Shown here: positions 38,671-48,327 of the stretch, piece by piece
How positions within the stretch are numbered: position 1 is the stretch's first letter
Layout of the letters: every line of letters starts with the position of its first letter
Notes under the pieces: model-generated
What the model saw: the letters and a program-made list of their open reading frames with translations, nothing else
Databases searched by the model: none
What the model was told of the DNA's origin: nothing
Position numbers and translations under genes: made by a program
Assembly: GCA_035652335.1 (NCBI GenBank)
Contig: DASRDZ010000013.1
Coordinates: 6,154-70,153 of the forward strand
Length of the DNA stretch: 64,000 nt
Source of the DNA: Candidatus Dormiibacterota bacterium
GTDB taxonomy: Bacteria; Chloroflexota; Dormibacteria; Aeolococcales; Aeolococcaceae
Direction of reading: 5' to 3'

Positions 38671-39365
38671 ACCGCGCGGCCGAGCAGCTCCTCGAGCTGC
38701 AGCACGCCGACGACGAGGTGGAGCGGCTCGGTCGCGAGGTCGCCGCCGTCGAGGGCCAGATCGCCCGCGACCCCGAGCTCGACGCCGCCCGCGAGGACGC
38801 GGCGCGGAAGGCCGAGGCGCAGCGGCAGGCGGAGCTGCGGGTGCGCTCGCTCGACGGCGAGCTGGAGACCCTGCGCACCCGCGCCAGGACCCTCGACCGC
38901 CAACTCTACGGCGGCTCGGTGCGCAATCCCGCCGAGCTGCTCACCCTGCAGCGCGAGCTGGAGGAGGTGAAGGCGCAGGCCGCCGCCCAGGAGGACGAGA
39001 CGCTGCTGGCCATGGAGGACGCCGACCAGCTCGCCGAGGCGCGCGCCATCGCCGAGAAGTCGGTGGGCGCCCTGGAGGCCAGGCGCGGCGAGCAGCAGGG
39101 ACCCCTGGCCGACCGTTTGAGACAGCTCCGGCAGCAACATGAGGAGGCCGTGCAGGCCCGTGTCGACCTGGCGGCGCAGATGCCGGCCGCGTCGAGGGCG
39201 CTCTACGACCGCGTCAAGGCGCGGCACCAGCCGGCTGTGGTGCGCGTCGTGCAGGGCACCTGCGGCGGCTGCCATCTGCCGCTCGGCGCCCACGAGGCGC
39301 GGGAGGCGCGCGTCGGCGACGCCCTGGTGCAGTGCGCCAACTGCGACCGGATCCTGGCACCGTGA
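38667..39365 (+). CDS. C4-type zinc-ribbon domain protein with long coiled-coil
   Basis: ORF 38188-frame neighbour 38667..39365. ATGA overlap. Coiled-coil heptads, then 'CGGCHLPL…CANCDRIL'. Confidence 0.7.
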   Translation: MNRAAEQLLELQHADDEVERLGREVAAVEGQIARDPELDAAREDAARKAEAQRQAELRVRSLDGELETLRTRARTLDRQLYGGSVRNPAELLTLQRELEEVKAQAAAQEDETLLAMEDADQLAEARAIAEKSVGALEARRGEQQGPLADRLRQLRQQHEEAVQARVDLAAQMPAASRALYDRVKARHQPAVVRVVQGTCGGCHLPLGAHEAREARVGDALVQCANCDRILAP

Positions 39366-39820
39366 GCGACCTCTTCACCGTGGTCGTCTACGCGGACGGT
39401 GCCTGCAGCGGCAACCCCGGCGCCGGCGCCTGGGCGTACAGGATCGAGTGGCCCGACGGTCGCGTCGAGGAGGCGGCCGAGGCGGAGCCGGACACCACCA
39501 ACAACCGCGAGGAGCTCAAGGCGATCCGCGAGGCGCTGCGCACGGTCCGGGCGCACATCGACGGTGACCCGATCTGGCGAATCGTCGTCCGCACCGACTC
39601 GCTCGGGGCGATCAACTGGCTGACGCGCAAGTGGAAGCGCAACAAGAACCTGGACCTGTTCCCCACCATCGACCCGCTGGTCGACGAGCGGGTGCATTTC
39701 GAGCACGTGCGCGGGCACAGCGGGGTGGTGGGAAACGAGCGCGTCGACGAGCTCGCCGTCGCCGCGTACCGGGCGCTGCAGCGCGATCTCGGGGCTGGAG
39801 CGACCGGTCCGGCGTTCTGA
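39362..39820 (+). CDS. rnhA: Ribonuclease HI
   Basis: In ORF 39332..39820. GTG 39362 (GTGA overlap). 'VVVYADGACSGNPGAGAWA…TNNREEL…HSG'. Confidence 0.85.
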   Translation: MSDLFTVVVYADGACSGNPGAGAWAYRIEWPDGRVEEAAEAEPDTTNNREELKAIREALRTVRAHIDGDPIWRIVVRTDSLGAINWLTRKWKRNKNLDLFPTIDPLVDERVHFEHVRGHSGVVGNERVDELAVAAYRALQRDLGAGATGPAF

Positions 39821-39931
39821 GCCCGCGCGCTCCACTGCGGCCGCGACAGACGGGACTTCCCGGGAAGACAGGGCCCCGCGGCCGAATCAGGGTGTGTCGC
39901 ACGGCCCGGCGGGGACCGCCCGCCGAGGAGA

Positions 39932-40338
39932 GAGTGCAAGCCGGCCTGTAAGCCGGGTTCTGTCCCCACCGCGAACGGTGGGGGACGGCCATCCATCTGG
40001 GACGCCGGTTGCCCGGCGCCTCGAGCGGCCAGACCCGGGACCCGGGGCGAGCAACCCCTGGACCGCCGCGATCGCTCGCGGCTGCGTCCGTCCCTGTTCG
40101 GCCTTGCTCCGGACGGGGTTTACCTGGCCGGCCGGTCACCCGGCCGCCGGTGGGCTCTTACCCCACCATTTCACCGTCGCCCGTGCCCGCGCGGAGGCGG
40201 GCCGTCGGCTGTGTCTTTCTGTGGCACTCTCCTTCGGGTCACCCCGACTGGGTGTTACCCAGCGCCCTGCTCTGTGGAGCCCGGACTTTCCTCGAGCGGC
40301 GCGTACGTCCGCCCGCGGCCGTCCGGCCGGCTTGCACG
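39932..40338 (-). ncRNA. rnpB: RNase P RNA, bacterial type A (rnpB)
   Basis: The minus-strand transcript carries GGAAAGUCCGGGCUCC (rc of 40276-40291), GGUGAAAUGGUGGGGUAAGAGCCCACC, AGGUAAACCCC, CAGAUGGAUGGC and ACAGAACCCGGCUUA (rc of 39949-39963). The P1 helix is GCAAGCCGGCC/GGCCGGCUUGC. The spurious ORFs 39894-40460 lie on top of it. Confidence 0.85.
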
Positions 40339-40471
40339 GGCGAGTGTACCCCGGCACGTTCGTGCCGGAAACGGCCGCAACGCCCGAACATCCGTACGGC
40401 AATGAGGCTGGGCGCGCTCCCCACCACGCGCCACCATCGAGAAAGCCCTTGCCTCTCTGAGTTTTTGGCAT

Positions 40472-40488
40472 GTCACGGCGGGGTCACG
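40472..40488 (+). promoter_or_regulatory. Direct repeat GTCACG-N5-GTCACG immediately upstream of the dcw promoter -35
   Basis: GTCACG at 40472-40477 and 40483-40488 (11-bp register). The same motif and spacing recur at 33648/33659, with a third copy at 33618. Confidence 0.3.
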
Positions 40489-40502
40489 AACGCCCGTGCC
40501 CG

Positions 40503-40531
40503 TTGACGCCCGTGCTCACCGCTGCTACTGT
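40503..40531 (+). promoter_or_regulatory. Putative Pmra promoter TTGACG-N17-TACTGT
   Basis: TTGACG 40503-40508 and TACTGT 40526-40531, ~110 nt upstream of the mraZ start. Confidence 0.4.
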
Positions 40532-40542
40532 TCCGCGCATCG

Positions 40543-40567
40543 GTGGAATGAAGTGGTGAAAAGTGGG
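40543..40567 (+). promoter_or_regulatory. MraZ box: three GTGG(N) direct repeats on a 10-bp register
   Basis: GTGGAatgaaGTGGTgaaaaGTGGGg, with GTGG at 40543, 40553 and 40563, between the promoter -10 and mraZ. Confidence 0.5.
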
Positions 40568-40639
40568 GCACATGACCAGCAACCTCCAACACCCGGCGAC
40601 AGCGGCCCAGGTGCCGCCGTCCCGGTGGGTGGCTGACCC

Positions 40640-41083
40640 GTGTTCATCGGCTCCTACCGCCACCAGGTGGACAGCAAGGGCCGGGTCGCCGTCCCCGCGC
40701 AGCTCCGCAAGGGACTGCCGCAGGGCAGCGTCGTCGCCATCGGCGCGGAGGGTCGCCTGGTGATCCGCCCGCCCGACGAGTGGTCCGCCATGGAGCAGAG
40801 GTTCCGCCTCACCGCCGACACCCCCGCCGAGGAGCGCCGCTACCTGCGCGCCCTCTACGCGTCGGCTCGCGAGGTGGAGCTGGACGGGCAGGGACGCCTC
40901 CTCCTCATCGACGAGCACCGGCGCTGGGCCGGCATCGGCGATCGCGCCGTCTTCGTCGGCCTCGGCAACGTCGTCGAGGTGGTCGGCGAGGACACCTGGG
41001 ACCGCGAGAACGCGGACCTCGACCCGGCCGCGTTCACCGAGCTCGGCGACCGGGTCGCCCACTCCGCAGGCGAGGCGTCGTGA
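40640..41083 (+). CDS. mraZ: Transcriptional regulator MraZ
   Basis: ORF 40640..41083 with a GTG start. 'MFIGSYRHQVDSKGRVAVPAQLRK…' is the duplicated MraZ/SpoVT-AbrB fold. Confidence 0.9.
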   Translation: MFIGSYRHQVDSKGRVAVPAQLRKGLPQGSVVAIGAEGRLVIRPPDEWSAMEQRFRLTADTPAEERRYLRALYASAREVELDGQGRLLLIDEHRRWAGIGDRAVFVGLGNVVEVVGEDTWDRENADLDPAAFTELGDRVAHSAGEAS

Positions 41084-41113
41084 CGACGCAGCCGTGCACC
41101 CCCTTGCAATCTG

Positions 41114-42121
41114 ATGGCCACCATGCCGACCGTGGCAGGCATGGACGACCGGCCCACCGCCACGCCCGATCCCTCCGTCGACACTGACGGCGGGCATCGG
41201 CCGGTCCTTCTACACCCCCTCATAGAGAGCCTGCAGCCCAGGCCGGGACACATCGCGGTCGACGGCACCCTCGGTGGTGGCGGCGTCACCGCGGCGCTCC
41301 TCGAGCGCGTGCTCCCCGGCGGACGGGTGATCGCCATCGACCGCGACCCCGCGGCGGTGGCGCGCGGACGCGAGCGCTTCGCCGCATACGGGGACGCGCT
41401 GTCCGTGGTGCACGGTGACTTCGCCGACCTCTCGCAGATCCTGCGCGGCCTCGGCGTGGGAGCCGTGGATGCCGTCACCCTCGACCTGGGCGTCTCCTCG
41501 CTGCAGCTCGACGCGCCCGAGCGCGGCTTCAGCTTCCGCTTCGACGGACCGCTGGACATGCGCATGGACACGGCGAGCGGCGGGATCACCGCCGCGGACG
41601 TCGCCAACACCTGGTCCGAGCAGGACCTGGCTCGGCTCATCCGCGACTACGGCGAGGAGCGCTTCGCCCGCAGCGTCGCGGCCTCGATCGTCCGCGAGCG
41701 AGCGAAGCAGCCGATCACCACCACCACGCACCTGCGCGAGGCGGTGGAGCGAGCGATCCCCCGGCGCTACTGGCCGAAGCGGATCCACCCGGCGACACGA
41801 ACCTTCCAGGCACTGCGCATCGAGGTGAACCACGAGCTGGACTCCATCGAGCGCGGGCTGCAGGCCTCCATCACCGAACTCCGGCCCGGTGGGCGACTTG
41901 GGGTCATCGCCTTCCACTCTCTCGAGGACATCCTTGTCAAGAACGCACTCCACGTCGCAGCACAGAACTGTATCTGTCCGCCCCAACAGCCCATCTGCAC
42001 CTGCGCTCACCGGGCCTCTCTCTTCCTGCTGACTCGCAAGGCGATCAAGGCCGATCCGGTCGAGGTCGCCACCAACCCGAGGGCCCGCTCGGCGCGGCTG
42101 CGAGTCGCGGAGAAGCTCTAG
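41114..42121 (+). CDS. rsmH: 16S rRNA (cytosine1402-N4)-methyltransferase
   Basis: ORF 41114..42121. 'HRPVLLHPLIESL…VDGTLGGGGVTAALL…DLGVSSLQLD…FHSLEDILVK'. Confidence 0.9.
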   Translation: MATMPTVAGMDDRPTATPDPSVDTDGGHRPVLLHPLIESLQPRPGHIAVDGTLGGGGVTAALLERVLPGGRVIAIDRDPAAVARGRERFAAYGDALSVVHGDFADLSQILRGLGVGAVDAVTLDLGVSSLQLDAPERGFSFRFDGPLDMRMDTASGGITAADVANTWSEQDLARLIRDYGEERFARSVAASIVRERAKQPITTTTHLREAVERAIPRRYWPKRIHPATRTFQALRIEVNHELDSIERGLQASITELRPGGRLGVIAFHSLEDILVKNALHVAAQNCICPPQQPICTCAHRASLFLLTRKAIKADPVEVATNPRARSARLRVAEKL

Positions 42122-42175
42122 TCGGGGCAGGCGCCCCACCCAACGTCGAAGCTCCCTCTGCCCCTAGGCGGCGAG

Positions 42176-42802
42176 GTGACCCGTGCCGGTCCCTCGCCGC
42201 CGCCAACCTCCCGATTCTTCGCGGGTCCTCCCGCCGTCGCATCCAACGTCCCGCCACCGGAGTACCGGGCTGTGCCCGCCAAGAACCGCACCCACGAGTC
42301 CTACGACGAGGTCTTCGACGCCTTCGCCGCCATGGAGGCAGCGAGCGACGACGACCTCGACGCGCAGGCGTCGCGCCCCCGCCGGCCGCGCACGCGGCGC
42401 GGCGGCCCGCGCACGCCGCTGCCGCTGCTCCCGGTCATCGGCATCTGCGCGGGCATCGGCATCGCCTACGTCTCGCAGACGGCGCACATGACCCAGGCGA
42501 CCTACCAGGCCGCCGACCTGGCCCGGCAGCAGCAGCAGCTCCAGGCCGAGGCGCAGCAGCTCGACTCCCAGCTGGCTCAGCTCAGCTCGTCCGCGCGCAT
42601 CGACGCCGCGGCGCAGCAGATGGGCATGCGGCCGCCCGCCAAATGGGCCTACGTCGCCGCCGTCCAGCAGCCCGTCGACGTGCCGCCGCTCGCGCCGGTC
42701 GCCGACAGCACCGGCGCCACCACCGGTGACCCGGTGCAGCGGCTGGTCGCCGCCCTCAGCGGCACGTTCGGGCCCTCGGAGGCCGAGGCCGCCGGGAGAT
42801 GA
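42176..42802 (+). CDS. ftsL: FtsL-like cell-division protein (TM + coiled coil)
   Basis: ORF 42176..42802 with a GTG start. One TM ('LLPVIGICAGIGIAYV'), then a Q-rich coiled coil. It sits between rsmH and ftsI. Confidence 0.55.
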   Translation: MTRAGPSPPPTSRFFAGPPAVASNVPPPEYRAVPAKNRTHESYDEVFDAFAAMEAASDDDLDAQASRPRRPRTRRGGPRTPLPLLPVIGICAGIGIAYVSQTAHMTQATYQAADLARQQQQLQAEAQQLDSQLAQLSSSARIDAAAQQMGMRPPAKWAYVAAVQQPVDVPPLAPVADSTGATTGDPVQRLVAALSGTFGPSEAEAAGR

Positions 42803-44571
42803 GGCGGGCGGCGCGTCCCAGGGGCGACGCGTCCGCGTCGCGGCTGCGCGGCTGGTTCGTCGGCGACGAGCCCGACTTCCGTGCTCGCGGCATCTGGCTG
42901 CTGCTCGCCTTCGCGGGCATGGCGATCCTGCTGGCCGGCCACCTCGTCGACGTGCAGATCCGCCAGGGTCCTGCGCTCAGCACCCTGGCCACGGCGTCGC
43001 ACGAGAGCGAGGTGACCCTGCCCGCCCACCGCGGCCTGATCCTCGACCGCAGCGGCCGCCTGCTCGCCGGCGACGTCACCGTCTACGACGTCTTCGCCGA
43101 TCCCGGGCTGATCTCTCCGTCGCAGCGCCACGACGTCGCTCTCGAGGTGGCGCCGGTGCTCGGCCTCGGGCCGGGCAAGGTCGAGCAGCTGCTGGCCACG
43201 CCGGGACGCTTCGTGTACCTGGCCAAGGCGGTCGACGACAAGACGCGCCAGAAGCTGCAGGCGCTGGGCATCGCCGGCATCGGCACGCTGGACAGCGAGC
43301 AGCGCGTCTACGACGGCTCGCCGGTGGCGGGGACCTCGTTCGGCAGCAGCCTGCTCGGCTTCGTCGACCACGACGGCAACGGGCAGTACGGCCTGGAGCA
43401 GTACTACAACGCGCTGCTCAAGGGCGTCGACGGCAGCGAGTCGACGCTGCGCGACGTCGCCGGCAACGCCATCGTCCTCTCCCAGCAGAGCACCACCCCG
43501 CCCCGCGACGGCCGCAACCTCCAGCTCGGCCTCGACTCGGAGATCCAGTACTACGCCGAGCAGGCCATCGCCAAGGGCGTCACCGACTCGCAGGCGGTGT
43601 CGGGCTCGCTGATCGTGATGGACTCGCACACGGGCTCCATCCGCGCGCTGGCCAACTACCCGACGTTCGACGCCAACGACTACGCCACCGCGCCGTACAA
43701 CCTGCTCAAGGACGAGGCGGTCAGCGACCTCTACGAGCCCGGCTCGGTGATGAAGGTGGTCACCTTCGCAGGCGGCCTGCAGAACCGGGCGATCACCCCG
43801 CAGACGACCATCAACGAAGGGCCCGTGACCATCGGCGGCTACACCATCGGCGACTGGGACGGCCACGCCCACGGCACGGTGACCATGCAGTGGGTGCTCG
43901 ACGACTCGCTGAACGACGGCGCCATCCGCGTCATGCAGATGGAGGGCCAGCACGGCTTCTACGAGAACCTGGCCGGCTTCGGCATCGGCGCGCCGACCGG
44001 GGTCGACCTCGCCGGAGAGGTCAACCAGCCGCTGGCGCCGGAGCAGGACTGGAAGCCCGTCGACTTCGCCACCACCGCCTTCGGGCAGCACGTCCAGGTG
44101 ACGCCGCTGCAGATGCTGGCGGCGGAGAACGCCGTGGCCAACGGCGGCGTCTGGGTGCAGCCGCACGCGGTGGACAGCATCATCGACCCCGCCACCGGGC
44201 AGGCCACGCCCTTCACGCCGACGTCCCGCCGGGTGATGTCCGCCGACGCCGCGGCGACGCTGCAGAAGATGATGACGGGCGTCGTCGAGGACCGCGGCGC
44301 CTCGGGATACCTGGCCAGGATCCCCGCCTTCAAGGGGCAGATCGCCGGCAAGACCGGGACGGCGTCGGTCGCCGTCAACGGCGTGTACGGCAGCGACGTG
44401 ATCGTCTCCTTCGTCGGCTTCATGCCGGTGAGCAACCCGCAGTTCACCATGCTCGTGGTGCTGCGCCTGCCCCACGAGAACAAGGTGGCCCGCGAGGGCG
44501 CCTACCTCGCCGCGCCCATCTGGCACGACATGGCCCAGCTCATGGTCGACCAGTGGAAGATCGTGCCGTGA
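42799..44571 (+). CDS. ftsI: Penicillin-binding protein transpeptidase (FtsI/PBP3-like)
   Basis: ORF 42799..44571. ATGA overlap. N-terminal TM, then SxxK 'SVMKVV', SxN 'SLND' and 'KTGTA'. Confidence 0.85.
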   Translation: MRRAARPRGDASASRLRGWFVGDEPDFRARGIWLLLAFAGMAILLAGHLVDVQIRQGPALSTLATASHESEVTLPAHRGLILDRSGRLLAGDVTVYDVFADPGLISPSQRHDVALEVAPVLGLGPGKVEQLLATPGRFVYLAKAVDDKTRQKLQALGIAGIGTLDSEQRVYDGSPVAGTSFGSSLLGFVDHDGNGQYGLEQYYNALLKGVDGSESTLRDVAGNAIVLSQQSTTPPRDGRNLQLGLDSEIQYYAEQAIAKGVTDSQAVSGSLIVMDSHTGSIRALANYPTFDANDYATAPYNLLKDEAVSDLYEPGSVMKVVTFAGGLQNRAITPQTTINEGPVTIGGYTIGDWDGHAHGTVTMQWVLDDSLNDGAIRVMQMEGQHGFYENLAGFGIGAPTGVDLAGEVNQPLAPEQDWKPVDFATTAFGQHVQVTPLQMLAAENAVANGGVWVQPHAVDSIIDPATGQATPFTPTSRRVMSADAAATLQKMMTGVVEDRGASGYLARIPAFKGQIAGKTGTASVAVNGVYGSDVIVSFVGFMPVSNPQFTMLVVLRLPHENKVAREGAYLAAPIWHDMAQLMVDQWKIVP

Positions 44572-44597
44572 GCGCCCCCGCGGCCGTTCCAGTGCGC

Positions 44598-46007
44598 ATG
44601 GATCGGCTCGCTACCATGGGCGCGATGCACTGCCCCTCCGACCTGGCACGCCTGTTCGGCGGCCGGCTCGACGGTTCCGGTGACGCGGCGCGCCCGCTCG
44701 CCGGCCTGGCCACGGACTCCCGTGAGGTCGTCCCCGGCGGCGGCTTCGTCGCCCTCCGCGGCGAGAGCGACGACGGGCATCGCTTCGTCGCCGCTGCGGC
44801 CGAGGCGGGCGCGGCGCTCGCGGTGGTCGACGCCTCGTGGACTCCCGCAGAGGATGCGCCGGCGCCACCGCTGCTGCTGCGCGTCGACGACAGCGCGGCC
44901 GCGCTGCGCCACGCCTGCGAGCGGCGGCTCGCGGAGCTGGGCGCGCACGTCGTCGGCATCACCGGCAGCGTCGGCAAGACCACCGCCAAGGAGCTGGTCG
45001 CGACGGTGCTGGAGGGGACGGTGTCGGTGGCGAAGACGCCGGGAAACCTCAACACCTGGACGGGGATCCCGCTCACCGTGCTGGCCCTCGACGCCCCCGT
45101 CGACGCCTTCGTCTGCGAGATGGCGATGTCGGCTCGCGGTGAGATCCGCGACCTCTGCGCCTTCACCCATCCGCGCACCGGCGCCCTGCTCAACGTCGGC
45201 GTGTCGCACATCGAGCTGCTCGGCTCCCAGGAGGCGATCGCCGACGCCAAGGCCGAGCTGCTCGACGCGCTGCCGCAGGACGGGCTCGCCGTGCTCAACG
45301 CCGACGACGAGCGCGTGCGCGGGGTCGCCTCGCGCAGCCGCGCGCGCGTGGTGTGGTTCGGTGTGCACGCGCATGACGCGCAGTTCCGCGCCGCCGACGT
45401 CGTCTCGCGCGGCATCGACGGCACCACCTTCACCCTGGTCGGTCCCGACAGCAGCGCGCCGGTGCGGATGCGCGTTCCCGGCGCGCACGTCGCCGTGGAT
45501 GCGGTGGCCGCGGCCGCGGTGGCGGCGCAGTTCGGTGCGGACGTGGCCGAGGTGGCGCAGCGGCTGGAGCGCTTCGAGGCGCCGCCGCAGCGCGGCCGCA
45601 TCCTCAGCGGCGCCAACGGTGCGCGCATCTACGACGACAGCTACAACAGCAGCCCGCAGTCGCTGGCGGCCGCGCTCGACACGCTGGGCGCCACACCCGC
45701 GAAGAAGCGCATCGCCGTGCTCGGCGACATGCTGGAGCTGGGCTCGCTCGGACCCATGGCGCATCGCCAGGCGGGGCGCCACGCGCGGCAGGTGGCCACC
45801 ACGCTGATCGCCGTCGGCGAGCAGGCCACCACGATGGTCTCGGCAGCGCTCGCCGCCGGCATGGACCCCGAGGAGGCGATCACCGCGCGCAGCATCGACG
45901 AGGCGGCCGATCTGGTGCGGGTCCGGTGCGACCGCGACACCGCCGTGCTGGTCAAGGCGTCGCACGGCGTGCACCTGGAGCGGGTCGTCGAGGCGCTGCT
46001 GCCGTGA
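44598..46007 (+). CDS. murF: UDP-N-acetylmuramoyl-tripeptide–D-alanyl-D-alanine ligase
   Basis: 3' part of ORF 42726..46007. 'GITGSVGKTTAKE' and 'YDDSYNSSPQSLAAALDTL'. The start is ATG 44598, or GTG 44567 overlapping the ftsI stop. Confidence 0.8.
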   Translation: MDRLATMGAMHCPSDLARLFGGRLDGSGDAARPLAGLATDSREVVPGGGFVALRGESDDGHRFVAAAAEAGAALAVVDASWTPAEDAPAPPLLLRVDDSAAALRHACERRLAELGAHVVGITGSVGKTTAKELVATVLEGTVSVAKTPGNLNTWTGIPLTVLALDAPVDAFVCEMAMSARGEIRDLCAFTHPRTGALLNVGVSHIELLGSQEAIADAKAELLDALPQDGLAVLNADDERVRGVASRSRARVVWFGVHAHDAQFRAADVVSRGIDGTTFTLVGPDSSAPVRMRVPGAHVAVDAVAAAAVAAQFGADVAEVAQRLERFEAPPQRGRILSGANGARIYDDSYNSSPQSLAAALDTLGATPAKKRIAVLGDMLELGSLGPMAHRQAGRHARQVATTLIAVGEQATTMVSAALAAGMDPEEAITARSIDEAADLVRVRCDRDTAVLVKASHGVHLERVVEALLP

Positions 46008-46963
46008 AGACGTCGCTGGGTGCCTTCGTGCTCTGCCTGGTTCTCGGCGCCGTCCTCTATCCCGTGGTGATCGGGGCGCTGGCGCGGGCGCACGCGGGAC
46101 AGCGGGTGCAGGCCTACGCGCCGTCGACGCATCGCGTCAAAGCGTCGACGCCGACCATGGGCGGCATCCTCTTCTGCGCGCTGGCGGTGCTGGCCTGGCT
46201 CTTCTTCGACCGCTCGCGCTCGGGCTTCGTGCTCGCCTTCGCGCTCATCGCGGGCGCCGGGCTCGGCGTCCTCGACGACCTCGCCAACATCCGCGGCCGC
46301 GGCGTGCTCGGCCTGCTCGGCCGTCAGAAGCTGGTGCTGCAGGGGCTGGTCGGGATCCTCGTCGGCGTCGGGCTGCTCCGCGTCGGCGCCACCCACCAGG
46401 TCCTCCCCGTGCTGGGCAACGTCGACCTGCACGGCGGCATCGTGGTGCTGGCGGCGGTGGCGGTGATGGCGGCGAGCAACGCCGTCAACCTCACCGACGG
46501 CGTGGACGGCCTGGCGGGCTGGTGCAGCGTGCTGGTGTTCAGCGCGCTCTGGGCGCTGGCCCTGCACATCGGCGCGCACTCGGCCGCGGTGCTGAGCGCC
46601 GCCGTCGTCGGCGGCGTCGCCGCCTTCCTCCTCTACAACTGGCATCCGGCGCGCGTGTTCATGGGCGACACCGGGTCGCTGGCGCTGGGCTGCACCCTGG
46701 CCGCCGTCGCAGCCGAGGTGCACATGCTCTGGCTGCTGCCGCTGCTCGGCCTCGTCTTCGTCGCCGAGACGCTCAGCGTCATCGTCAACGTCACCGCGAT
46801 CAGGCGCTTCCACCGCCGCGTCTTCCGGGCCAGCCCGCTGCACCACCACTTCGAGGAGCTGGGGCTGCGCGAGCAGGGCCTGGTGCTGTGGTTCGGCGCC
46901 GTGGCGGCACTGGCCGCGCTGCTGGCGGTGCTCGCCGGCATCCGCTCGGGGATGAGCGCCTGA
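46004..46963 (+). CDS. mraY: Phospho-N-acetylmuramoyl-pentapeptide transferase
   Basis: In ORF 45926..46963. GTG 46004 (GTGA overlap). 'NAVNLTDGVDGLAG…HHHFE'. Confidence 0.9.
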   Translation: MKTSLGAFVLCLVLGAVLYPVVIGALARAHAGQRVQAYAPSTHRVKASTPTMGGILFCALAVLAWLFFDRSRSGFVLAFALIAGAGLGVLDDLANIRGRGVLGLLGRQKLVLQGLVGILVGVGLLRVGATHQVLPVLGNVDLHGGIVVLAAVAVMAASNAVNLTDGVDGLAGWCSVLVFSALWALALHIGAHSAAVLSAAVVGGVAAFLLYNWHPARVFMGDTGSLALGCTLAAVAAEVHMLWLLPLLGLVFVAETLSVIVNVTAIRRFHRRVFRASPLHHHFEELGLREQGLVLWFGAVAALAALLAVLAGIRSGMSA

Positions 46964-48327
46964 TGCCGCGCGCCCTGGTCATCGGCCTGGCGCGCAGCGG
47001 CATGGCCTGCGCCCGTGCGCTGCGAGCCGAGGGCTGGGACGTCCTGGTCGTCGACCGCAAGGACGACGCGGCGCTGCGCACCCGCGCGTCGTCGCTTCCC
47101 GCGGGCACCGAGGTGCGCCTCGGTCCGTACGCGGACGACGTCGCGGTCGGCTTCGACATGGTCTGCCCCAGTCCCGGGGTGCCGTGGGACGCGCCCGAGC
47201 TGGCCGTCGCGCGGTCGCACGGCGTCCAGGTGCGCAGCGAGATCGACCTCGTCTTCCGCCGCTGTCCCGCGCCCATCCTCGGCATCACCGGCACCAACGG
47301 CAAGACGACCACGACGACGCTGGCCGGCGCGGTGATCGCCGCGGGCGGCACGCGCGTCCACGTCGGCGGCAACATCGGCGAGCCGATGCTCGACCGCCTC
47401 GGTGAGGTGCGGCAGGGCGACTGGGTGGTGCTGGAGCTGTCGTCGTTCCAGATCGAGTCCGTCGAGGACCCGCGCTGCCGTCTCGCCGCCGTGCTCAACG
47501 TCACTCCCGACCACCTCAACCGCCACGGCACCTTCGAGGCCTATGCGGCGGCGAAGCGGCGCATCGTCGAGCACGCCGACCCCGAGGGCGCGGTGGTGCT
47601 CGGCGCCGACGACGTGGTGGCGCGCGGCATGGCCCAGGCGTCGACCGCACGCGTCCTGCTGGCGGGCTTCGAGATCGGTCCCGGCGACGGGACGACGGTG
47701 CGCGACGGTGAGGTCGTGGTCATCGAGCGCGGCAGCGCCACGCCGGTGATGCCGGTCGGCGACATCCCGCTCTTCGGCACCCACAACGTGCAGAACGTCC
47801 TCGTCGCGGTGGCGCTCGGCCACGCAGCCGGCGTCGCCCACGACGCCATCGCCGGTGCGGTGCGCGGCTTCCGCGCCGTGCACCACCGGCTGGAGCCGGT
47901 GCTCGACGCCGGCGGGGTGCTCTGGGTCAACGACAGCAAGGCGACCAACGCCGACGCCGCGATCAAGGCGCTGCGCTCGTTCCCGGACCGGCCCGTCGTC
48001 TGGATCGGCGGGGGAGAGACCAAGGGCGTCGGGCCCGAGGAGCTCGCCCGCGAGGTGAGCGAGCGGGCCCGCCACGCGGTGCTCAACGGCGCCACCGGTC
48101 CCGAGGTGGACCGGGCTCTGGCCACCCTTGGCTACAACTCGCGCACCCTGGTGGGGACGCTCGCCGAGGCGGTGCACGCCGCCCACGACGTGGCGCGCGA
48201 GGGCGACGTCGTCCTGCTCGCGCCGGGATACACGAGCTTCGACCAGTTCACCGACTACGAGGAGCGCGGCGAGACCTTCGCCTCCCTGGTGCGCGAGGTC
48301 TGCGGCGCGGCCGGGGGGACTCGCTGA
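46963..48327 (+). CDS. murD: UDP-N-acetylmuramoylalanine–D-glutamate ligase
   Basis: In ORF 46522..48327. TGATG overlap. 'GITGTNGKTTTTTL' and 'DSKATN'. Confidence 0.9.
   Translation: MPRALVIGLARSGMACARALRAEGWDVLVVDRKDDAALRTRASSLPAGTEVRLGPYADDVAVGFDMVCPSPGVPWDAPELAVARSHGVQVRSEIDLVFRRCPAPILGITGTNGKTTTTTLAGAVIAAGGTRVHVGGNIGEPMLDRLGEVRQGDWVVLELSSFQIESVEDPRCRLAAVLNVTPDHLNRHGTFEAYAAAKRRIVEHADPEGAVVLGADDVVARGMAQASTARVLLAGFEIGPGDGTTVRDGEVVVIERGSATPVMPVGDIPLFGTHNVQNVLVAVALGHAAGVAHDAIAGAVRGFRAVHHRLEPVLDAGGVLWVNDSKATNADAAIKALRSFPDRPVVWIGGGETKGVGPEELAREVSERARHAVLNGATGPEVDRALATLGYNSRTLVGTLAEAVHAAHDVAREGDVVLLAPGYTSFDQFTDYEERGETFASLVREVCGAAGGTR

Noticed and set aside
39894-40529. Small ORFs on both strands across 39894-40529
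   Set aside because: They lie on the RNase P RNA gene and the mraZ promoter region and have no coding signal.
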